Source of the DNA: an uncultured Clostridia bacterium
Lineage (GTDB): Bacteria; Bacillota; Clostridia; Oscillospirales; Acutalibacteraceae
DNA: 64,000 nucleotides
NCBI GenBank assembly: GCA_937884995.1
Contig: CAKZZL010000014.1
Location: 39,250-103,249, forward strand
Direction of reading: 5' to 3'
Position 1 is the first letter of the stretch. Each line of letters opens with the position of its first letter. The translations under genes were made by a program, and so were the position numbers. Below are positions 19,356 through 29,201 of the stretch, piece by piece. A model generated the notes under the pieces. That model was given only the letters and a program-made list of their open reading frames with translations. It had not been told where the DNA came from and made no database searches.

Positions 19356-19890
19356 CAGCGATTACAACTACAGCTGCAGCAGCGCTAACTGCGATAGCTG
19401 TTGTATTAACGCCTGTCTTAGCGATAAGATTAGGATGGAACTCAGCAATTGCATTACCATCAGCATCTTTGATGATAACAAGGCCATGGTCAGCATCTGT
19501 GATATAGCCTTCTGTAGCTACTGTGCAATTAAGAACTGCAGCAGCCTTACGACCATATTCAAGCATTGCTTCTGTGTCTGTTCTACTGTCCTGGAGATCC
19601 TTAATAGTTGTGAGATTGTGAGCCTTAGCATAAGCAAGACCTTCATCAAGGATAGCAACAATCTGATTGTACTGATCTTCAGTTACATCGATTGAGTCAC
19701 TGTTGAAAGCATTCTTAGCCTGTGCAAGGATATCACTTGTAACAGTGATTATAGTTCCATCAACAACATAACCTGTCTGAACAAAGTCCAAAAGTTTCTG
19801 CTCATAGGAATTGATTCCGGCAGCAAAAACAGGAACTGCACATGCGAAGAGAAGGATAACAACAAGTGTCATACTAATAATCTTTTTCAT
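19309..19890 (-). CDS. small secreted protein with C-terminal cell-wall-sorting-like signal (LIAKTG plus hydrophobic segment plus KKFRK)
   Basis: 193 aa. Signal peptide MKKIISMTLVVILLFACAVPVFA. The LIAKTG motif is encoded at 19411-19428, followed by a TM segment and a basic tail. Confidence 0.65.
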   Translation of the reverse strand: MKKIISMTLVVILLFACAVPVFAAGINSYEQKLLDFVQTGYVVDGTIITVTSDILAQAKNAFNSDSIDVTEDQYNQIVAILDEGLAYAKAHNLTTIKDLQDSRTDTEAMLEYGRKAAAVLNCTVATEGYITDADHGLVIIKDADGNAIAEFHPNLIAKTGVNTTAIAVSAAAAVVVIAVACVCVKKFRKVEEN

Positions 19891-20043
19891 TTGAAAATCT
19901 CTCCTTGTTTATTTTTTAGATACTAGTATCCGCAAAATACGGTATTCATATAATATCATAGAAAACCTGTTTTGTAAAGTAAAAAAATCAAATATTTTAT
20001 ATATTTTGATATTTTTTATAAAAAATACACAATATATATGTAT

Positions 20044-22362
20044 TTATGACTGTTTTATATCAAAATCTTGGCCATTAAAGCTTACTTTTATAAGGTCTAT
20101 GCTTTCCCCTATATTATCAATCATGAGAGTTGAAATTTTATCTTCGATATTTCTCCTTATGACATTACGAAGATCTCTGGCACCTCTTGAATTGCCATCC
20201 ATCTTATCAACTATAGCTGGAGGAACATTATCATCATATTCAAAATCTATACCTTTATCCTTTAATACACTGACAATCTCTGAAAGCATAAGCTTTGCAA
20301 TTTCAATATAATTATCACGGCTTAATGGATTAAAAACAACGATTTCATCAACACGTCCGATAAATTCAGGCCTCAGGAAATCCTTTAATGCCTTAAGCAC
20401 TTTATCATTGGATATTTCCCCTTCTGTTTTACCGAATCCCAAAGATGTTTCACTCTTATGGTTTCCGGCATTTGAAGTCATGATAATAACTGTATTTGCA
20501 AAATTCACTGTTCTGCCGTGAGCATCATTAGTTTTGCCTTCATCCAGTATTTGCAAAAGAATATTCATAACATCAGGATGTGCTTTTTCTATCTCATCAA
20601 AAAGTATGATTGAATATGGCTTTCTCCTTACTTTTTCAGTAAGCTGACCTGCTTCATCATATCCAACATATCCCGGAGGCGATCCTATAAGCCTTGAAAC
20701 GCTGTGCTTTTCCATAAACTCAGACATGTCCAGTCTTATAAGGGTTTCAGGAGTATCAAAGAGTTCCTCAGAGAGTTTCTTAACGAGTTCGGTTTTTCCT
20801 ACACCGGTAGGACCTACGAAAATAAAGGATGCAGGACGCTTTTGCAACGTTAGCTGTATGCGGCTGCGTTTAATCGCATTGGCCACAAGCTCAACAGCTT
20901 CATCCTGGCCTATGATTTTTTCCTTTAATCGGTCTTCAAGTCCCTGAAGTCTCTTTATATCACCTTCAACAACTTTTGTAACAGGAATTCCTGTCCAAAG
21001 GTTGATTACTTTTGCAAGATCTTCCTCTATAACGTTATTATCTTTTGCTTTTTCCTGGAGATTTTCTATTTCCCTGTCTTTTGACTCAATTTTACTCTTT
21101 GTGAGAGTCATCTGAGCATAAATAGGATCAACATCTGCTTCCTCGGAGACTGTTGAAAGCTCATTTTCGAGCTCGTCCATTTTTGCTTTCAATTCCTTTT
21201 GTTCATTTTCTGCAATTTCGAGCTCACTTATAGCCTTATTTCTGAGATTTGCACAAGTACATGCTTCATCCAAAAGATCTATGGCTTTATCCGGAAGAAA
21301 ACGATCTGTAATATATCTTTCGGAAAGAGTAACAGTCTTATATACAAGGTTGTCGCTGATTATTACTCTGTGATAATTTTCATAATAGCTCTTGATTCCA
21401 AGTAACATCTTATATGAATCTTCAATAGAAGGTTCTTCAACTTTAACGGTCTGGAAACGTCTTTCAAGAGCAGCATCTTTTTCTATATGCTTTCTGTATT
21501 CATTAAATGTTGTAGCACCGATAACCTGGATTTCGCCACGTGAAAGAGCAGGTTTTAAGATATTGGCAGCATTCATTGAGCCTTCTGCGTCACCTGTGCC
21601 GATAAGATTATGAACCTCATCAATGAAGAGAATTATATTACCTTCATTTTTAACCTCTTCTACAAGGCCTTTTATTCTGCTTTCAAATTGCCCTCTAAAC
21701 TGTGTGCCTGCTACAAGAGCAGTAAGGTCAAGAAGATGTATTTCCTTCTTTGCAAGTTTTGCAGGTACAAGTCCGTCTGCTATTCTTTCGGCAAGCCCTT
21801 CTGCAATTGCAGTCTTACCAACACCCGGCTCACCTATAAGGCAGGGGTTATTCTTGGTCCTTCTGCAAAGAATTTGTATTGTTCTCGATATTTCCTGTTC
21901 TCTGCCGATGATTTTGTCTAGCTTGCCGTCTCTTGCTCTTTGAGTAAGGTCGGTACAATACATATTCAGGAATTTTCTCTTGTCGTTTTTGTTGCCCTGC
22001 TTTTTTATATTATTTTTTTTATTGGAACTGTTTGATTTTTTGTCATTTTTATTTTTATCTTCTTGTTGTCCCCCAAACATTCCGTTCACAAACGGGAATG
22101 TTCCGGCGCCACCGGGCATAAAACCTTCAGAACCATCTGAACCCATATTTTCCATGATCTGAGACATTTGTTCGCTCATTTCATCCAGTTCTTCATCGCT
22201 GATGCCCATATTTTCCATCATTTGCTTTATCGGGCCTATATTCATTTCCATTGCGCATTTAACACAATAGCCTTCGTTTTTTGCATTATCGCCATCCATT
22301 CTTGTGATAAAGACAACAGCAGGTCTTTCATGGCATTTACTGCAAAGCATGTTGTTATTCAT
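20044..22362 (-). CDS. clpE: Clp/Hsp100 AAA+ ATPase, ClpE-like (N-terminal zinc ribbon instead of a Clp_N domain)
   Basis: 772 aa. N-terminal CSKC...CVKC. Two AAA+ modules (GEPGVGKTA and GPTGVGKTE), a coiled-coil middle region and a ClpP-loop-like LGFG. Confidence 0.8.
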   Translation of the reverse strand: MNNNMLCSKCHERPAVVFITRMDGDNAKNEGYCVKCAMEMNIGPIKQMMENMGISDEELDEMSEQMSQIMENMGSDGSEGFMPGGAGTFPFVNGMFGGQQEDKNKNDKKSNSSNKKNNIKKQGNKNDKRKFLNMYCTDLTQRARDGKLDKIIGREQEISRTIQILCRRTKNNPCLIGEPGVGKTAIAEGLAERIADGLVPAKLAKKEIHLLDLTALVAGTQFRGQFESRIKGLVEEVKNEGNIILFIDEVHNLIGTGDAEGSMNAANILKPALSRGEIQVIGATTFNEYRKHIEKDAALERRFQTVKVEEPSIEDSYKMLLGIKSYYENYHRVIISDNLVYKTVTLSERYITDRFLPDKAIDLLDEACTCANLRNKAISELEIAENEQKELKAKMDELENELSTVSEEADVDPIYAQMTLTKSKIESKDREIENLQEKAKDNNVIEEDLAKVINLWTGIPVTKVVEGDIKRLQGLEDRLKEKIIGQDEAVELVANAIKRSRIQLTLQKRPASFIFVGPTGVGKTELVKKLSEELFDTPETLIRLDMSEFMEKHSVSRLIGSPPGYVGYDEAGQLTEKVRRKPYSIILFDEIEKAHPDVMNILLQILDEGKTNDAHGRTVNFANTVIIMTSNAGNHKSETSLGFGKTEGEISNDKVLKALKDFLRPEFIGRVDEIVVFNPLSRDNYIEIAKLMLSEIVSVLKDKGIDFEYDDNVPPAIVDKMDGNSRGARDLRNVIRRNIEDKISTLMIDNIGESIDLIKVSFNGQDFDIKQS

Positions 22363-23060
22363 TATTTATCCTCGTTTTTATCTTTCTTGTTTTTGCCTAG
22401 TATCTGTCTTGCTGAATCAGGAACATAACTGAAGAATGCAACAAACGTTAAAATAACTGAAACCACTACAAGTACAAACATTACCGGTTCAGGAATTGTT
22501 AAATTCGGATTCATGCTGCTTATAGCGCCTACTTCAGGACCAAATCCAATGATAGTTATCATAACAAGATAAAAAACAAATGTTGATACTTTGCCGTATA
22601 TAGCTGCAGCTGCCGGTCTTGCGCCTATAGCGATTATCACAGCACCGAAAATAAGCATAACCAAATCTTTAATTATGAAGAGAAGGAACACCCAGGCAAA
22701 TGCCTGCATTGAAAGGCTCTCTGCGGATTTGAACTTTATAAAGAGAACAATTGCAAGTGCAAATATTGTAAGCTTGTCTGCAATCGGGTCAAGCATTTTA
22801 CCAAGAGCTGATACCTGGTTGAATTTTCTTGCGATTTTGCCATCAAGAAAATCGGAAATACCAGATATAGCAAGCACCAGAACAGACCACCAAATATATC
22901 CTTTCAAATATAAAACAGCAAAAACGGGTATTAAAAGGATACGAATAACAGACATAAGATTCGGAACTGTTAAAGCTCCTTCAAATATACCTTTAACGTT
23001 TTCTTTTGCTGTAAGATTTTCTTCTTCATTTTGAATATTTGTATTTTTTTCTACACTCAT
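22362..23060 (-). CDS. pgsA: CDP-alcohol phosphatidyltransferase (phosphatidylglycerophosphate synthase-like)
   Basis: 232 aa. Motif DFLDGKIARKFNQVSALGKMLDPIADK. Confidence 0.82.
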   Translation of the reverse strand: MSVEKNTNIQNEEENLTAKENVKGIFEGALTVPNLMSVIRILLIPVFAVLYLKGYIWWSVLVLAISGISDFLDGKIARKFNQVSALGKMLDPIADKLTIFALAIVLFIKFKSAESLSMQAFAWVFLLFIIKDLVMLIFGAVIIAIGARPAAAAIYGKVSTFVFYLVMITIIGFGPEVGAISSMNPNLTIPEPVMFVLVVVSVILTFVAFFSYVPDSARQILGKNKKDKNEDK

Positions 23061-23073
23061 AAGTTATTTCTCC

Positions 23074-23814
23074 TTAATAAATGTTCAAAAACATGTCTTT
23101 AAGATTGCTGATAAACGGATTTATATGCTCGTTTACTAAAGTAACTATTCTGCTTTCGTTAATAGCCTGAGTAAATACATCTTCATCACCGCCGCCGGAC
23201 ATCATCATAGTTAAAAGCGTTGTTGCAATAACAAGCACGGCAAGGCCCTTAACAGCGCCGACAATTCCGCCCAGTACAGCATCTGCTCCCTTTACAACAG
23301 ATACTTTGGCAGATTCTGCCAGTGATTTGGCTATTATCCTCAATATGAGAATAAACAAAGCAGACAGCAGGAAGAAGAAAATAACATTTAATGCGCCGAT
23401 AGCAATAGGCTTAACAACATTGACAACAATCATTTCAGCAATATCGCCTGTGGTTGATGCCGCCTTACTTGCAATTGAAGCAGAGATTTCATCTGTGTCA
23501 ACTCCTACACATTTTGCAATTGATTTTGCATATTCAGGTAATACCAAGAGAGCATATTCTGTTCTTTGAGCATTATCCGGTGTTGGCTTTTCAGCCATTT
23601 CATCATTTATCTTATTAATCATACTTTTTTCAAGTACACCGGAATAAACACCGTTTGCCATCGGTGTGGCAAGTTTGAAAGCACATACGAGTGCAAGCAC
23701 GATAGCAACAAGTTCAAAAACTGTAACAAGTACACCCTTCTTAACACCGAGCACGATAAAAACAACAAAAAGTGCTGCTAATAAAACATCTAACACTATT
23801 GACATTAAATACAC
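23074..23814 (-). CDS. cvpA: CvpA family membrane protein
   Basis: 246 aa. The start (M)SIVLDVLLAALFVVFIVLGVKKG is typical of CvpA. An alternative start is at Met4. Confidence 0.72.
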   Translation of the reverse strand: MYLMSIVLDVLLAALFVVFIVLGVKKGVLVTVFELVAIVLALVCAFKLATPMANGVYSGVLEKSMINKINDEMAEKPTPDNAQRTEYALLVLPEYAKSIAKCVGVDTDEISASIASKAASTTGDIAEMIVVNVVKPIAIGALNVIFFFLLSALFILILRIIAKSLAESAKVSVVKGADAVLGGIVGAVKGLAVLVIATTLLTMMMSGGGDEDVFTQAINESRIVTLVNEHINPFISNLKDMFLNIY

Positions 23815-23848
23815 CTCATTTATATTTAATCATTTTATATTAATTTAT

Positions 23849-25045
23849 TTAATCCTTTTTTATCGATGAATATTGTTCGATCTTATCTGCGAAATAAATA
23901 TAAGTATATCGCGATGATACAATTACATCGGATGCATCACTGCTCACATCATAATCAGCGCACAGCTCTCCTTTCCTATTGTATATTAATACATTTTTAT
24001 CAGTTAATACAGTAGCAAATTTGCCGTCTGTAGAAATTGCTTTAATTATTCCGTTAACATCAAAATCATAAAGTTTATTACCTGCTTTGTCATATACTTC
24101 AACAATCTTCTCGGTTGTACTTGAATATTTTGAAAGTACAAGCATAGCTGTGTTATTTTCGGAAATATATAGCATAGAAGGAGTATTAATGCTTACATTT
24201 ATATCTTCCTTCAGTTCATTTCCCTTTATTACTTGACAGAAATCATTGCCAAGAACCATAAGACTTTCATTTGATAAGAAATCGATTTTGGCAATTGCCG
24301 AATCTGTATATTCAAAAGATGCATATGCTTCGCTGGAATTTTTCTTGAAAAGATACAGCTTTGAATAAATCGAACCGTTATCCACACTCATTACAGCGCA
24401 TGCATATGTCTTACCATTGTCTGAAACATCACATGCAACAATTTGTTCTTTGGAACATTCCCATTTGAAAACTTCTCTGTTTCTTGAATCATAGACAGTC
24501 AGCATGCTTTCTGCGCCACTGGTTCTGCTTGCGATTGCAACGGAGCCATCTTTCCCTATTGCTCCGGTTAAAATCATATGATCAAGTGTATTTTCATAAA
24601 GGACTCTTGTTTTTGATTGAAGTCTAAATGACTTTCCACCAATATCATACAAAAGTATCCTGCTAGAATTGCAATCGACAATAGGGTGGCTGTATGAATG
24701 AGAAATTTCTGAAATGTTTTTTGCAGTTGAGTCAATAATTCTTACTGCATCATCATATACAAGAACAATATCTGAATTAGTAATGCTCATATCTGATACA
24801 TCTGAGTTTTGTATTGCATATGGGTAGCCGTCACCGGATGAAAGCCCGCTTACAGATGCCTGAACGGAATCACCTACCGACGCTATCGTTATATTGCCGA
24901 CTTTGGCAGCAGCTATAACTATAAGTACAACCAAAACTACTATGACTGCAATTATTTTAAATATTCTGCTATTAAATTTCAATAACCTGCTTCTGTTACG
25001 TTTTTTTGCAGACGCTTTTCTTTCATTTTTCTTATTATCAGCCAT
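23849..25045 (-). CDS. membrane-anchored hypothetical protein (possibly DUF5711-like, repeat/beta-propeller-like ectodomain)
   Basis: 398 aa. Basic N-terminus plus a single TM (IFKIIAVIVVLVVLIVIAAA). The family guess is from memory. Confidence 0.55.
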   Translation of the reverse strand: MADNKKNERKASAKKRNRSRLLKFNSRIFKIIAVIVVLVVLIVIAAAKVGNITIASVGDSVQASVSGLSSGDGYPYAIQNSDVSDMSITNSDIVLVYDDAVRIIDSTAKNISEISHSYSHPIVDCNSSRILLYDIGGKSFRLQSKTRVLYENTLDHMILTGAIGKDGSVAIASRTSGAESMLTVYDSRNREVFKWECSKEQIVACDVSDNGKTYACAVMSVDNGSIYSKLYLFKKNSSEAYASFEYTDSAIAKIDFLSNESLMVLGNDFCQVIKGNELKEDINVSINTPSMLYISENNTAMLVLSKYSSTTEKIVEVYDKAGNKLYDFDVNGIIKAISTDGKFATVLTDKNVLIYNRKGELCADYDVSSDASDVIVSSRYTYIYFADKIEQYSSIKKD

Positions 25046-25058
25046 TATACCACCAATA

Positions 25059-25805
25059 TCAATAAATTACTTTATTAAGGTAAAGCCCATGTGCCGGTGC
25101 CGTGACACCGGCTTTGTTTCTGTCTTTGCTTTCTATGATATCTATTAATGATGAAGGATCTATTTTACCATTTGATATATCCAAAAGAGTACCGACAATA
25201 ATCCTTACCATGTTATACAGGAATCCGTCTCCCCGAATTTTCACCTTGACAAGTTCATTTTCTCTTTCCAGCGATATATCATAAATGGTTCTTGTCTTAT
25301 CTTCTACATCTGATCCTGCATTGCAAAATGCAGAAAAATCATGTTTCCCCTTAAATATTTGAACTATCTCATTAAGATATTTTTCATCAAGTTTATAGCT
25401 ATATAAAAGTGCTCTTTTTTCGTAAAATGGATTTCTGTATTTCCCGTTATATATCAAGTAGATATACTCTTTTTCTTTTGCATCGAATCTTGCATGAAAT
25501 GAATCATCCACTTCTTTGCATCCATATACAGAAATAGTCGGAGGAAGATAAAAATTCAACGCATTAGGAAAATTAGATGCCGGAATTTCACTTTCGCTGT
25601 GCAGATTGCAACAATACATATTGGCATGAACGCCAGTATCGGTACGGCTGCAACCTGTGATATTTACTTTTTCTCCTGTTACCTTAAGGAAAGCTTCTGT
25701 CATTATTTGCTGTACAGTAATATCGTCTTTTTGTATCTGCCAGCCATGAAAATCAGAGCCATCATAACGTAATTCCAAAAGTAAATTCCGCATTATATTC
25801 TCCAC
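25059..25805 (-). CDS. truA: tRNA pseudouridine(38-40) synthase TruA
   Basis: 248 aa. Motifs LRYDGSDFHGWQIQ and GCSRTDTGVHA (catalytic Asp). The start may be Met5 (25793). Confidence 0.92.
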   Translation of the reverse strand: MENIMRNLLLELRYDGSDFHGWQIQKDDITVQQIMTEAFLKVTGEKVNITGCSRTDTGVHANMYCCNLHSESEIPASNFPNALNFYLPPTISVYGCKEVDDSFHARFDAKEKEYIYLIYNGKYRNPFYEKRALLYSYKLDEKYLNEIVQIFKGKHDFSAFCNAGSDVEDKTRTIYDISLERENELVKVKIRGDGFLYNMVRIIVGTLLDISNGKIDPSSLIDIIESKDRNKAGVTAPAHGLYLNKVIY

Positions 25806-26610
25806 AATATTTATTTAGCAATATAACACCGGCGATGAATGCTATTGACAAAACCAGCATTATATAATCTGACAATCTGAGTTTCAGGGCATTCATGGTT
25901 GTCCTGCCTTTGCCTCCGTTATAACAGCGGCAGGTCATGGCATAAGCCAGATCATATGCCCTTTTTATTGAGTTAAAAAGTAACGGAACAAATAAAGGAA
26001 TGAGCATTTTTGTTCTCTTCATAAGGCTTCCTGATTCAAAATTGGCGCCTCTAGACTTTTGAGCTGACATAATTTTGTCAACTTCATCTATCAAAGTAGG
26101 AATAAATCTCAATGCAATTGTCATAATCATTGTGACAACATTAAAATCAATTCCTATCTTAGTTAATGGCGCAAACAGGCGGTCAAGCCCGTTTGTCATT
26201 GCCGTAGGTGATGTTGTATATGTAAAAAGAGAAGACATCACAATAAGCAAAGATACTCTTATAGTCATAAAGAGAGCCTGTAACAATCCGCCGCTTGTTA
26301 TTTTTATTTTCCACCAATCGATTAGAACGATACCAGATTTAACATATATTATCTGTAAAAGTGATGTTATTAAGATAATCAGAACTATAGGTTTTAATGA
26401 TTTAAATATCGTCTTAAAAGGTATTTTAGAAAATATTGTCAGAAGTATTACTGATAATAAGGTCATGAAGAGTGCAACAAAGTTATTGCACACAAAGACC
26501 ATAATTATATATACAAGGGTATAAAAGAGTTTTACTCTCGGATCAAGTTTATGTACCTTTGAATTTAAAGGAAAATATTGCCCTATCGTTATGTCATGTA
26601 GCATCAGCAT
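25762..26610 (-). CDS. ecfT: ECF transporter transmembrane component EcfT
   Basis: 282 aa polytopic protein in the ecfA1-ecfA2-ecfT-truA order typical of Firmicutes. It carries the coupling-helix region ALRFIPTL...AQKSRG. Confidence 0.9.
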   Translation of the reverse strand: MLMLHDITIGQYFPLNSKVHKLDPRVKLFYTLVYIIMVFVCNNFVALFMTLLSVILLTIFSKIPFKTIFKSLKPIVLIILITSLLQIIYVKSGIVLIDWWKIKITSGGLLQALFMTIRVSLLIVMSSLFTYTTSPTAMTNGLDRLFAPLTKIGIDFNVVTMIMTIALRFIPTLIDEVDKIMSAQKSRGANFESGSLMKRTKMLIPLFVPLLFNSIKRAYDLAYAMTCRCYNGGKGRTTMNALKLRLSDYIMLVLSIAFIAGVILLNKYCGEYNAEFTFGITL

Positions 26611-27463
26611 ATCCTCCCTTCAATATTCTCTGAAGTTCGGAAAAAGCCTGATCCACAGTATATACTTTTTCACTCACCGGATAACCAAGTTCCTTAAGTT
26701 TTATAAAGACCTGAGTTATCTGCGGCACAGAAAGACCTATGTCATAAAGAGCCTTGGCATTTTCAAAAATTTCATCAACACTGCCCTGAGAAATGACCTT
26801 AGCTTCATTCATAACAATGACTTTATCTGCAATCTTGGCTACATCATCCATACTGTGTGATACCAAAACAACAGTCTTGCCGGTTTTATCTCTGTAGTCA
26901 CGTATAAGACTTAGTATATTTTCCCTACCCTGCGGGTCAAGTCCTGAAGTAGGTTCATCAAGTATCAAAACATCAGGTTCCATAGATATAACGCCGGCAA
27001 TAGCTACACGTCTTTTTTCTCCTCCGGATAAATCAAAAGGATGGCTTTCAAGCATAGCATCACTTATTCCTACAAGTTTAGCTGCATCTCTTACTCTTTT
27101 ATCAACATCTGCAGTGCTAAGTCCCATATTAGTCGGGCCGAAAGCTATATCCTTATATACAGTTGTCTCAAAAAGCTGGTATTCGGGATATTGGAAACAC
27201 AGTCCCACCTTAAACCTTACATCAAGTGTAAATTCTTTGCTCGAATGTATATCTTTACCATCAAGATATATTTTTCCATAAGCAGGCTTCAAGAGCCCGT
27301 TCAAATGCTGAACAAGAGTACTTTTACCTGAACCGGTATGACCTATAAGAGCAGTTATTTGACCCTTTTCGATTTCTATATTCACATTATCGAGAGCCTT
27401 AACCTTAAAGGGTGTGCCCTCGCCATAGACAAATGATAAATTTTCTGTCCTTAAAAGGGCCAT
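26594..27463 (-). CDS. ecfA2: ECF transporter ATPase EcfA2
   Basis: 289 aa. Walker A GHTGSGKST, signature LSGGEKRR, Walker B LILDEP. Confidence 0.9.
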   Translation of the reverse strand: MALLRTENLSFVYGEGTPFKVKALDNVNIEIEKGQITALIGHTGSGKSTLVQHLNGLLKPAYGKIYLDGKDIHSSKEFTLDVRFKVGLCFQYPEYQLFETTVYKDIAFGPTNMGLSTADVDKRVRDAAKLVGISDAMLESHPFDLSGGEKRRVAIAGVISMEPDVLILDEPTSGLDPQGRENILSLIRDYRDKTGKTVVLVSHSMDDVAKIADKVIVMNEAKVISQGSVDEIFENAKALYDIGLSVPQITQVFIKLKELGYPVSEKVYTVDQAFSELQRILKGGYADAT

Positions 27464-28326
27464 CAGTCTAACCTCGCCTTTAACAAGTTATCAAGAGAAG
27501 AAACAAGTTCATCAACAGACAAGGAATCTCCGTTTAGGTTTATTCCTTCATTTTCAAGTTTTTCAGCCAAAAGTGCTGTCTGCGGAACATCAAGTCCCAG
27601 TGCCTTTATTTTTGAAGAATCGTAGAACACTTCTCTGGGGGAAGCATCCATGACAAGTTTGGATTTATCCATAACTATAACGCGGTCTGCCTCACAAGCT
27701 TCTTCCATATAATGAGTAATATATACAACAGTAATACCGATTTTTTTGTTTAAGTTCTTAATGGCATTCATTACATCCCGACGTCCTTCCGGATCCAGCA
27801 TAGCAGTAGGCTCATCGAGTATAATACATCTTGGTCTCATGGCAATAATGCCTGCAATGGCAATTCTTTGTTTTTGACCGCCAGAAAGTTTGGAAGGTTC
27901 ATGAAGTCTGTATTTATACATACCTACAATATTTAGGGCTTCATCCACCCTTTCCCTTATTTCAAGAGGATCTATTCCCAAATTTTCCGGGCCGAAAGCA
28001 ACATCTTCTTCAACTACAGTTGCTACAATCTGGTTATCTGGATTTTGAAAAACGACACCGACAATTTGCTTTATTGCTATGTCGTTTTCATCATCTTTAG
28101 TATTTAACCCATCAACTATAACATCCCCGCTTTCGGGAATCAGAAGGCCGTTGGCAAGTTTGGCTAATGTAGATTTACCGGAACCATTGCGACCGAGAAC
28201 AGCAATAAACTCGCCTTCGGATATATCGAGTGAAAAGTTATCAAGAGCCAGAGGAAGAACTTTTCCTTCCTCTTCTGTGTTATATCTATATGAAACATTC
28301 TTAAACTCGATAATCTTTTCAGCCAT
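27463..28326 (-). CDS. ecfA1: ECF transporter ATPase EcfA1
   Basis: 287 aa. Walker A GRNGSGKST, signature LSGGQKQR, Walker B IILDEP. Confidence 0.9.
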   Translation of the reverse strand: MAEKIIEFKNVSYRYNTEEEGKVLPLALDNFSLDISEGEFIAVLGRNGSGKSTLAKLANGLLIPESGDVIVDGLNTKDDENDIAIKQIVGVVFQNPDNQIVATVVEEDVAFGPENLGIDPLEIRERVDEALNIVGMYKYRLHEPSKLSGGQKQRIAIAGIIAMRPRCIILDEPTAMLDPEGRRDVMNAIKNLNKKIGITVVYITHYMEEACEADRVIVMDKSKLVMDASPREVFYDSSKIKALGLDVPQTALLAEKLENEGINLNGDSLSVDELVSSLDNLLKARLD

Positions 28327-28337
28327 ATATATTCCTT

Positions 28338-29201
28338 TTATTTAGTCCATATTGATGATGCCCCGCAAGGCAAGACCAGATTGTTTTCCGAAGTTCTAAG
28401 TCCGATTTCGCTGCCTTCTACAATGCCATTAAAACGTGGCTTGATAACAGAAGCCAGAATATATTCCATAACCGAAGGTGAAAGGCCTGTCGTATATGAG
28501 TTTATAAGAAACATCATAGGATCATCGGACAAAAGCTGTGAGCAGCTTTCCACAAATGAATAAATCTCATTTTCCAATTTCCATACTTCTCCGCCCGGTC
28601 CGCGTCCGTATGAAGGAGGATCCATTATTATGATGTCATATTTGTTGCCTCTTCTTATTTCACGTTGAACAAACTTTATACAATCATCCACAATCCATCT
28701 GACAGGTCTGTCTGCAACACCGGATGAAATTGCATTTTCCTTAGCCCACAACGTCATTCCTTTTGATGCATCCACATGAACGACAGATGCGCCCGCTTTT
28801 AATGCAGATATTGTGCCAGCACCGGTATATGCAAATAGATTTAAGACTTTTACAGGTCTTGATGATTTTTTTATAAGATCTGAAATCATGTCCCAGTTAA
28901 CCGCCTGTTCTGGGAAAATACCGGTATGCTTAAAGCCCATCGTCTTGATATTAAAAATCAAATCCCTGTAAGCGATAGTCCAGTAGTCCGGGATTTTCTT
29001 TTTAATTTCCCAATTCCCTCCGCCGGATTTTGAACGATGATAAATTGCATCGGCATTAGGCCATAATGAATTTTTTTTGGGGGTATTCCATATAACCTGC
29101 GGGTCGGGACGAATAAGTGTTATATTGCCCCATCTTTCAAGTCTTTCTCCGCAGCTTGAATCAATCAATTCATAATCCTGCCAGTTATCAGCAACACGCA
29201 T
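28338..29201 (-). CDS. class I SAM-dependent methyltransferase (RlmI/RlmK-like rRNA methyltransferase fold)
   Basis: 287 aa. SAM motif VLNLFAYTGAGT and motif IV IIMDPPSYG. Confidence 0.78.
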   Translation of the reverse strand: MRVADNWQDYELIDSSCGERLERWGNITLIRPDPQVIWNTPKKNSLWPNADAIYHRSKSGGGNWEIKKKIPDYWTIAYRDLIFNIKTMGFKHTGIFPEQAVNWDMISDLIKKSSRPVKVLNLFAYTGAGTISALKAGASVVHVDASKGMTLWAKENAISSGVADRPVRWIVDDCIKFVQREIRRGNKYDIIIMDPPSYGRGPGGEVWKLENEIYSFVESCSQLLSDDPMMFLINSYTTGLSPSVMEYILASVIKPRFNGIVEGSEIGLRTSENNLVLPCGASSIWTK

